21,650 nucleotides of DNA. It comes from Candidatus Blackallbacteria bacterium. GTDB taxonomy: Bacteria; Cyanobacteriota; Sericytochromatia; UBA7694. Numbering within the stretch: position 1 is the stretch's first letter; every line of letters starts with the position of its first letter. The position numbers were made by a program, and so were the translations under genes. This document shows, piece after piece, positions 15,453 through 21,650 of this stretch. The stretch spans positions 89,019 through 110,668 of the forward strand of contig JBPXJQ010000004.1 in assembly GCA_051715345.1 (NCBI GenBank), given 5' to 3'. The notes under the pieces are model-generated. The model had not been told where the DNA came from. It ran no database searches and worked only from the letters and a program-made list of their open reading frames with translations.

Positions 15453-17051
15453 TTAATCATCGCCAAAAAGAGAAGTGATACCACCCTGGTCTGAGCCTCC
15501 ACCCAGATTCAGACTGATTTCTTGTTCGCCAAAGAGCGAGGTCAGACCTGAGGCTGGTGCGGCATCTGGGGGGGCTGCTGCGGTCTTGATCGGCAAAAAG
15601 CGCGCAGCTTGAATCATCAGCTTGTGGGGCATAATGTCTGAGAGCGTGTCTTTGGGTGGATCAAATGAGGGATCTTCGAAAAAATCGCCATTTTCAATTG
15701 CCACTATTTTGTAAAAAGCCTCTTGGCCTTCCAGATCTTTGTAGATGGCGTGCACAAAACGTCCACGGTCGATATAGACCTTGGCATCGATATTCGTGGC
15801 CAAATCGCGGATGTGCAGCTTTTTGCGATCCAGGGCCGAGAGATTGAGTTGAATAAAGTCAAAAACCCCAATTTGACTGAGAAAGCCCTTAAATCCTGTT
15901 TGGCCAATTTCGGCCAACAATTGTTTGAGCTTGCGCAGGTCGATCGGCTTGGCCAGCAAACGGGCGTGACCCAGCTTTTCGATTTCTTCCAATTCTTCTT
16001 CGCTGGCGTTGACAATCGCCACCACCGGGGATTGGGGGTAGTGTTTCTGCAACCAACGCAAAAAGCTGTGCTGACTCAGGGTGTCTGTAATGACCAGATC
16101 AATTGGATCGCCATCGATGGCCATCATGGCCTCTTGGGGGGTTTTGAGCGAAATACAGTTAAAGCCCTCGGCAAAAAGCGCGCGCTGAATGATCATGCGG
16201 CTCATGGGGTCGGTATCCACCAGCAGGATATTTCTCAAGACGGTACTCTCTTGGGCGGTCGCAAAGGGGTCCAGCGGCCCCACGCTTTCATCCATAAACT
16301 GAGCGGCGTTCATCGAGAGACTGTCAAAGGGCAATTGAATTGTGATTTGGGCGGGCTCGGTCCAGTTTTTCTCCTGAAAAGCCCCATTTTTAAATTGCAC
16401 AATATGGTTGAAGGCCTCTATCCCCTCCGCTTTTTGGTAGCGTTCCAAGGTTTTGGGGTGGGTTTCGTAGAGTTCTGCGTGGATGATTTCTCCGCTGCGC
16501 AGATAGAGAATGCCCTCTTGCCGGGTCAATTTATCGCTAAACGAGACCAGGCACTGGGGTTTATTCATCCGCATCACCTGCAGCAAATCGAGCAAATTCA
16601 TGCGCTGAACTTGCCCTTCTAGCCCCTGCAATTGTTGGTCTAAAAGGCCCAAGAGTCGCAATCCGGGAACCGGTTTGGGAACAAACCCCAAAACGGATTT
16701 GTGCTGGCGCAGCTCATCGACCTGATCCGAAAAATCTTCGTCGGGAGAGCCAATCAAAATCACTTTGCGCTTGGGATAATTTTCGCAAACCCAAAAAGCG
16801 AGTTCTTCACCCTCATCATCAGGCATGTCCAAGCAGGAGATCACAAAATCGAAGGGGCGATTTTTAAAGCGCTGGGTGGCTTGATACAGTTCCTGTTCAA
16901 TGGACAATTCCCACTCAGAAGCGGGCAGTATGTGTAAAAGATGTTTGTGGTGGGAATTGTCGTTGTCAAAAATCAAAATCCGCTTAGCTTTGGCCGACAT
17001 GGGAAAAACTCTCTTCAATAGGTCTCTACATTTTTCAACAGTGTTTAACAT
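15453..17051 (-). CDS. Response-regulator-like protein with the tandem architecture REC-DUF4388-REC-DUF4388 and a C-terminal TSLFG-repeat tail.
   Basis: This is a 532-aa ORF. REC-like block 1 reads KRILIFDNDNS...FVISCLDMPDDEG...KVILIGS. DUF4388 block 1 reads RMNLLDLLQVMRMNKPQCLVSFSD...GILYLRSGEIIHAEL...GIEAFNHIVQFKNGAFQE. REC block 2 reads NILLVDTDPMSRMIIQRALFAEGFNCISLKTPQEAMMAI...IDLVITDT...LLAKPIDLRKL. DUF4388 block 2 reads GFKGFLSQIGVFDFIQLNLSALDRKKLHI...KVYIDRGRFVHAIY...GQEAFYKIVAIENGDFFE. The C-terminus reads GLTSLFGEQEISLNLGGGSDQGGITSLFGDD. An alternative start is Met18 (ATG at 17000). Confidence 0.75.
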   Translation of the reverse strand: MLNTVEKCRDLLKRVFPMSAKAKRILIFDNDNSHHKHLLHILPASEWELSIEQELYQATQRFKNRPFDFVISCLDMPDDEGEELAFWVCENYPKRKVILIGSPDEDFSDQVDELRQHKSVLGFVPKPVPGLRLLGLLDQQLQGLEGQVQRMNLLDLLQVMRMNKPQCLVSFSDKLTRQEGILYLRSGEIIHAELYETHPKTLERYQKAEGIEAFNHIVQFKNGAFQEKNWTEPAQITIQLPFDSLSMNAAQFMDESVGPLDPFATAQESTVLRNILLVDTDPMSRMIIQRALFAEGFNCISLKTPQEAMMAIDGDPIDLVITDTLSQHSFLRWLQKHYPQSPVVAIVNASEEELEEIEKLGHARLLAKPIDLRKLKQLLAEIGQTGFKGFLSQIGVFDFIQLNLSALDRKKLHIRDLATNIDAKVYIDRGRFVHAIYKDLEGQEAFYKIVAIENGDFFEDPSFDPPKDTLSDIMPHKLMIQAARFLPIKTAAAPPDAAPASGLTSLFGEQEISLNLGGGSDQGGITSLFGDD

Positions 17052-17335
17052 AATTTTAACAGATGCTGTCTTTCTTTGCTGGTTTTTGCCAAATGTTCCC
17101 CGTCTCGGCAGGCTCTGTTTTTTGTTGATTAAAATACGATTAAATATCCCTGCTAATCAGCAGAAAAAAAACAACTTCAGGGTATACACTGAGACAAGGT
17201 GGATTGTGACCAAACCAACATTGTTTTCACAAAAATAATGTGAATATTTAAAGGCCAGCTCAGTTATGATTCTCTCAGCAGCTTTACCCATTGCCGACCT
17301 GCTATTGCCCGCCTCAAGCAAGAGGAGACAATCGT
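17052..17335. promoter_or_regulatory. A 284-bp AT-rich divergent intergenic region. It presumably holds the promoters of the REC-DUF4388 gene (leftward) and the IPT/TIG-NHL lipoprotein gene (rightward).
   Basis: This is the longest non-coding stretch in the window. It contains a direct repeat TTTAACA(N11)TTTAACA near 17043..17071, a CTGCTaatcAGCAG inverted repeat followed by A8 (~17150..17172), and an AGGAGA RBS at 17323..17328 that is 7 nt before the TTG at 17336. Confidence 0.4.
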
Positions 17336-20300
17336 TTGAAGTACGCTAAAATTGCCTTGGCCGTTTTAATGGTTTCGTGCAGCAGCTTGCCTTCGGGCAC
17401 ACAATCGACAGCCCCTGCTGTACCAGGTGCCAATCGCAATCCCGTCCAGCCAGGAAAAGCAGAGACCCTTCCACGCCAACCCCAACAAACCCTGCCTCAG
17501 GTTCCGCTGATTGATTCTGCTCAGGCCCAGATTACAAATAGCGGTAAAAGCGATGAGCTGAGTTTAAAAGTCATTATTCAAAAACCGGGCATGCGCACCC
17601 AACAGTTGGAGCTCGATAAAATCTCCCATTTGCGGGCATGGGTCGCAGGTTCGGATCTGGCTGCTCCGATTTACAATCTCAACCAATATGTCGCAGTGAG
17701 TTCCAACGGCGAAAACACAGCTTTGCGGATTCAGACCGTGCCCAGAGGCAAAAATCGGATTGTCAGCGTTCAGGGCTATGACAATTCAACCAATCACCTT
17801 GAAATACCCGGAGCCCTGCTCAAAGCGGTTTACTCATCGCCTGAAAACAGCACCGAGGTGGTTTTGACCTTTACTTGGCGCAGCACCGCCACCGCCGCGA
17901 TTCTCGAAGCCCTGATCAACCGGGTGCCCGCTGTCACTGGGAATCTGACCCCAGAACAAGTCAATGCACTGGTTGAGAACATCAACCTGAGCCAGTTAAA
18001 CACCCTGCTCGATCAGGTCATTTATGGCAATCACCCAGTGGGAGGCAATACCTTTGCCCTGCATCCCTCGCGGGTCAATGCTGAAGCCCTGGCCAAGGCG
18101 TTGGTGGACAACAATGGTCAGGTACCCACCCTCAATCAGGGCGATCCCACCCCTGGGGCCTGGGTCAAACAAATGGCCAATTTGAATGTGGTGGTGAGAA
18201 CGCCCAATAATGTGGCATTTAATTCAGCAATTCAACTCCAGATCACCGATCCGGCCTCAGCACCGATTTCGATTGCGGCCGGCCAAGACACGGGCAATTT
18301 GCCCCAAATTATTCCAGGAACCTGGCAGGCAATCGCCAAAATTGATGGTCTCAATGGGGGGGTCAGCAGCCGCACAAACTTAACCGTGGATGCCAATGGC
18401 AATGTCACATTGACCGAAGGCACCGCCAACAACCCCCTGGTATTGCCGCCTGTCATGAAGGCTTTGAGCGCCACACAAGGGTCCAGTGGCAGCCAAATCA
18501 CAATCAGTGGGGATGGCTTTAACCCTGCTGGCGGCAACGTGGTCAAATTTGGCACCGTCACTGCCACAGTAGAATTGTCAACCGCCACTTCGCTGGTGGT
18601 CAAGGTGCCACCCGGCATCAGCGGCACCCAGCCAATCCAAGTGACAAACAATGGCAAACTGAGCAATACGGCTAATTTTACGGTAGATACCCGGATTGTT
18701 TCGCTAAGTAATCCGGGCGGCAAGGTTGGAGACACGCTGAGTATTCAGGTATCTGGCTTTGACGCAACCCAAAATCCGACGGTGGTTTTTTCCAATGGCG
18801 TGACCGCCACTATTAATAACGCACTCACCACAGCAGGCACCTTGGTTGTGACCGTGCCTGCAGGTGCAAGTACAGGCCCAATCACTGTTACGCCCCAAGG
18901 TGGCACAGCGCTGCAAAGCACAAGTTATGCCATCAATACCCCTGTGATCAGCACCATCACGCCAGACTCTGCCAGTGTTGGAGCCACAGTTACCTTGACA
19001 GGAGCCAACTTGACGGGTGCAACAGGCGTCACTGTCAACGGTTTGGCTGCAAACAATCTGACGGTTGTCAATGACACTACCCTGACCTTTACCATTCCTC
19101 CTGGCGCTTCGACAGGCCCTGTCCAGGTGACGACCCCCTTGGGTACGGGCACCTCGACCAGCAATTTGACCATTCCCCAGCAAGTGGTTGCACTCAGTGC
19201 CCCTGGAGGAAAACCCAACGACAGCGTCACGATTACGGTCTCTGGCTTTAATCCTGCCACAAGCAATCCAACCGTGTTCTTCAACGGGGGCGCTCCGGCC
19301 ACGATCACCGGCACAACAGCCAATACGGTGACGGTGACTGTGCCAGCTGGGGCAACAACAGGGCCGATTACGGTCACACCCAATGGGGGCAATCCGTTGC
19401 AGAGTCCCACCTATACAGTCAGCACCCCTGTGATCAGCAGTTTCACGGCGACGGCAGCGATTGGGAATCAAGTCACTTTAACCGGCGCCAACTTCACGGG
19501 CACTACCCAGGTTCAGTTTAATGGGGTCAATGCCCCCACTTTTACAGTTAATAATGATGGCACCATCACTGTGACAGTGCCCGCCGGGGCTACGGATGGA
19601 CCGATCAGAGTCACCACGCCTTCAGGCTCAGGCAACTCTGCCACCCCCTTTCAAGTACTCAGGCCCCCGACCATTACAAATGTCGCCAATGATCCCCTGC
19701 AACCCACCGGACCGATTGTTTTAACAGGTACGGGTTATGTTGCCGGATCTGTCGTCATGATTGGGACCACAGTCTTAAACACCAATGCCTATACCATTAA
19801 CAGCCCCACTCAAATTACGGTCAATACCCCCCCTGTGGGCAACCCCCTCGATACAGTGACCATTTTTAACCCAGCGGGCAGTGCCGTTTCCTCACTCTTG
19901 TACAAAGACGTGATCAATTTTATTGGCAACGCAGCTCTTGTCACACGCACCGATGTTAACTTTGCAATTGAAAACGCACACGGGATCAATGTAGACCACA
20001 ACAGCAATATCTATATCGCCTCGCTCAGCCACAAAATTTACAAATTTAATCAGGCAGGTCAAAACCAGTGGGTCTCAGGCGACAATTCTGCGGGATTCCG
20101 CAAAGATGAATTGGCTTTCCCTGCGGATAAACTCAAAGAGACCACCTTGGCCAATGCCCGTTTCTCTGGCCCAGAAGATTTGGCCAACGACAGCTTTGGC
20201 AATATATACGTGGCAGATACCAGTAACCACGCCATTCGTAAAATCACCCCCGATGGCAAAGTACAGGTCATCGCCCGTTTGCCTGGCCCCGAAGGAATTG

Positions 20301-20998
20301 AAGTCAGCAAAAACAACGAATTGTTTGTGACCTGCACGGATCCCCCGAATGCGAGCACGACGGTGACCAATGTCTTTGTGGCCAAGATTGCCAATCTCAA
20401 CACTTTGCCCACCTTGGCAGAGGCCCAGCTCTACGATGTGAATAAAACCCTCACCCCCAATGTGCAGATTATTGCGGGAGGTGCGCCAGCGGGTGCTGCA
20501 GGTGCCACACCTGTGAGCCCGATTGCAGATGCCCGCTTCTTACATTTGGAAGGCCTGGGCATCGATGGCGATGGCAACGTCTATGTGGCCGATGTCAATA
20601 ATTACCAGATTCGCAAAATCAATTTCCAGACAAACCAAGTCACAGTTTTCGCAACCTTGAGTTATTCCTTTGCGCCGCCCAACTCAGATTCTCGCCCTTG
20701 GGTGGAAATGCATGAGATTCGCGTGGATCCCTATGGCAATGTCTTTGTACCTGCTCCCTGCTGTAATTTTGGCTTTAACAGCGCCTCTAAAATTTACAGA
20801 ATCACCCCCTCTGGCCAGATCTCAAGGATCGCCGGAACAGGCTCCAGCGGATTATCAGAGGGAAAACCGTTAACAGTGGCCACTTTTAGCAGTCCCAGAG
20901 GCATTGATTTCGCCCCAGATGGTACACTGTATATAGCGGATACAAGTTGGGGTATTCGCCGGATCGATCGCTATCAACCTTTGCCGGTCAATAATTGA
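17336..20998 (+). CDS. Giant lipoprotein with an N-terminal region of unknown fold, six tandem IPT/TIG Ig-like domains and a C-terminal NHL-repeat beta-propeller.
   Basis: The ORF is open from 17291. The ATG at 17291 would give MPTCYCPPQARGDNR, which is not signal-like. The TTG at 17336 is preceded by AGGAGA and gives MKYAKIALAVLMVSCSS, a lipoprotein signal, so it is preferred. IPT/TIG blocks look like ITISGDGFNPAGGNVVKFGTVTATVELSTATSLVVKVPPGISGTQPIQVTN. NHL blocks look like FSGPEDLANDSFGNIYVADTSNHAIRKITPDGKV and LEGLGIDGDGNVYVADVNNYQIRKINFQT. Confidence 0.85.
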   Translation: MKYAKIALAVLMVSCSSLPSGTQSTAPAVPGANRNPVQPGKAETLPRQPQQTLPQVPLIDSAQAQITNSGKSDELSLKVIIQKPGMRTQQLELDKISHLRAWVAGSDLAAPIYNLNQYVAVSSNGENTALRIQTVPRGKNRIVSVQGYDNSTNHLEIPGALLKAVYSSPENSTEVVLTFTWRSTATAAILEALINRVPAVTGNLTPEQVNALVENINLSQLNTLLDQVIYGNHPVGGNTFALHPSRVNAEALAKALVDNNGQVPTLNQGDPTPGAWVKQMANLNVVVRTPNNVAFNSAIQLQITDPASAPISIAAGQDTGNLPQIIPGTWQAIAKIDGLNGGVSSRTNLTVDANGNVTLTEGTANNPLVLPPVMKALSATQGSSGSQITISGDGFNPAGGNVVKFGTVTATVELSTATSLVVKVPPGISGTQPIQVTNNGKLSNTANFTVDTRIVSLSNPGGKVGDTLSIQVSGFDATQNPTVVFSNGVTATINNALTTAGTLVVTVPAGASTGPITVTPQGGTALQSTSYAINTPVISTITPDSASVGATVTLTGANLTGATGVTVNGLAANNLTVVNDTTLTFTIPPGASTGPVQVTTPLGTGTSTSNLTIPQQVVALSAPGGKPNDSVTITVSGFNPATSNPTVFFNGGAPATITGTTANTVTVTVPAGATTGPITVTPNGGNPLQSPTYTVSTPVISSFTATAAIGNQVTLTGANFTGTTQVQFNGVNAPTFTVNNDGTITVTVPAGATDGPIRVTTPSGSGNSATPFQVLRPPTITNVANDPLQPTGPIVLTGTGYVAGSVVMIGTTVLNTNAYTINSPTQITVNTPPVGNPLDTVTIFNPAGSAVSSLLYKDVINFIGNAALVTRTDVNFAIENAHGINVDHNSNIYIASLSHKIYKFNQAGQNQWVSGDNSAGFRKDELAFPADKLKETTLANARFSGPEDLANDSFGNIYVADTSNHAIRKITPDGKVQVIARLPGPEGIEVSKNNELFVTCTDPPNASTTVTNVFVAKIANLNTLPTLAEAQLYDVNKTLTPNVQIIAGGAPAGAAGATPVSPIADARFLHLEGLGIDGDGNVYVADVNNYQIRKINFQTNQVTVFATLSYSFAPPNSDSRPWVEMHEIRVDPYGNVFVPAPCCNFGFNSASKIYRITPSGQISRIAGTGSSGLSEGKPLTVATFSSPRGIDFAPDGTLYIADTSWGIRRIDRYQPLPVNN
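18460..19900 (+). repeat. Six tandem IPT/TIG-domain-encoding repeats of ~240 nt each. Two subtypes alternate, with diverged nucleotide sequence.
   Basis: The protein-level repeats are PVISTITPDSASVGATVTLTGANLTGATGVTVNG and PVISSFTATAAIGNQVTLTGANFTGTTQVQFNG, alternating with RIVSLSNPGGKVGDTLSIQVSGFDATQNPTVVF and QVVALSAPGGKPNDSVTITVSGFNPATSNPTVFF. The G/T/A/V-rich codons produce long spurious antisense ORFs (18232..19471 -). Confidence 0.7.
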
Positions 20999-21650
20999 TG
21001 AACAACTTAAAACAAACTTTTCGACTTTTTACAGCCTTAACGGTCTCATTGCTTGTCTTTGGGAGCTGTAGCGATGTTCAGCTGAATTATGGGGCGCCAC
21101 TGAGCGGACTGGTGAATCTCAGTGAGCGCAACCGCAATGCCAATAATCCCAATACCCAAGAAAATTTTGAGCAGCAGCGGGTGCCTGTTCCCTCTCCCAC
21201 GCCCAACGATCGGGGCCTTGGAGACGGAGGAAGTACAGGCCCTGCTGGAGCGGGTAAAACGACAACCCTGCCCCCGGTGGCAACAATCCCTGAGAAAACA
21301 CCCCCTGAGGCGCCTGTTAAAGGGGTCAGTGATACGGTTCCAGCATTAAAATTACGGGCAATTCCGGGCCGTGTCGAATTGTCTGGTTTTGGCAGCGAAC
21401 AGTCCATTCAGCTCTTGCTTCAAGATCTCAATGGCAATAATTTGGATTTAACAAAATTCGAATTTAATTGGGAGTCGCTCTCGCCAAGCCTGATCAGCGT
21501 GGACAATAAAGGTGTTATTCGCTCCAAAACCACCTCTGGCAGCTACAAAGTGGTGGTCAGCCTCAAGTCTGATCCCGCTGTCAAAGCTGAGATCGAAGTG
21601 ATCATCAGTGCGCCATCCTCAGGGGGTGGCGGCGGCGGCGGGGGTGGCGA
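20998..21650 (+). CDS. Lipoprotein with a Big_2 (bacterial Ig-like group 2) domain and a Gly-run linker. Only the 5' part is present; it continues beyond the window.
   Basis: The ATG at 20998 overlaps the upstream TGA (TGATG). MNNLKQTFRLFTALTVSLLVFGSCSD is a lipoprotein signal. LKLRAIPGRVELSGFGSEQSIQLLLQDLNGNNLDLTKFEFNWESLSPSLISVDNKGVIRSKTTSGSYKVVVSL fits the Big_2 pattern. The sequence ends in SGGGGGGGG, encoded by a (GGN) run at 21618..21650. The frame is open to the window end. Confidence 0.7.
   Translation, partial: MNNLKQTFRLFTALTVSLLVFGSCSDVQLNYGAPLSGLVNLSERNRNANNPNTQENFEQQRVPVPSPTPNDRGLGDGGSTGPAGAGKTTTLPPVATIPEKTPPEAPVKGVSDTVPALKLRAIPGRVELSGFGSEQSIQLLLQDLNGNNLDLTKFEFNWESLSPSLISVDNKGVIRSKTTSGSYKVVVSLKSDPAVKAEIEVIISAPSSGGGGGGGGG

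Noticed and set aside
17291-17335. The upstream ATG at 17291 as the start of the giant lipoprotein.
   Set aside because: It would add MPTCYCPPQARGDNR before the signal peptide and has no RBS. The TTG at 17336 is preceded by AGGAGA at the ideal spacing and begins directly with the lipoprotein signal.
18232-19471. 167-, 255- and 161-aa minus-strand ORFs across the IPT/TIG repeat region.
   Set aside because: They are a product of the G/T/A/V-rich codon composition of the tandem Ig-domain repeats on the + strand. Their translations are Cys/Gly/Arg-rich with no domain features.
1-21650. Searched for CRISPR arrays, tRNA or rRNA genes, IS elements, integrase or transposase signatures and flanking inverted repeats.
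   Set aside because: No short regularly spaced repeats and no cloverleaf-capable intergenic segments were found, since all gaps are 284 bp or less. No transposase-like or integrase-like ORFs were found. The window looks chromosomal rather than mobile.

Overview
All substantial genes in this 21.65-kb window read on the minus strand except the last two. The content appears bacterial, about 50% GC, with no rRNA, tRNA, CRISPR array or obvious mobile element. From left to right the genes are as follows. (i) The 5' part of a lipoprotein with a YfbK/BatA-like von Willebrand factor A N-terminal region, at 1..461 (-). (ii) A tandem array of four paralogous secreted proteins at 517..7526 (-). Each has a signal peptide, a Pro/Ser/Thr linker, a carboxypeptidase-regulatory-like beta-sandwich and repeated SbsA/Big_5-type Ig-like domains with the motif FSEPMD.Q.VE. 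The genes overlap by 4-8 bp, and a ~1.1-kb direct repeat is offset by exactly one gene length, which makes the second gene a chimera of its two neighbours. (iii) A GAF, coiled-coil and DUF4388 protein at 7657..8877 (-). (iv) A HerA-like DUF87 P-loop ATPase at 8935..10590 (-), with a near-perfect palindromic operator in its promoter. (v) A dihydroorotate-dehydrogenase-like protein at 10696..11709 (-), translationally coupled to (vi) a 1195-aa pyruvate:ferredoxin oxidoreductase of the NifJ type at 11712..15299 (-). (vii) A REC-DUF4388-REC-DUF4388 response-regulator-like protein at 15453..17051 (-). (viii) Diverging from it, a giant lipoprotein of about 1220 aa with six IPT/TIG domains and a C-terminal NHL beta-propeller at 17336..20998 (+). 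Its stop overlaps the start (TGATG) of a Big_2-domain lipoprotein at 20998..>21650 (+). The most interesting candidates for undescribed biology are the recombining surface-protein array, the HerA-like ATPase plus GAF-DUF4388 pair with its operator, and the dense local clustering of DUF4388 signalling domains around the PFOR operon. All functional calls rest on motif recognition by eye and need HMM or structure-based confirmation.
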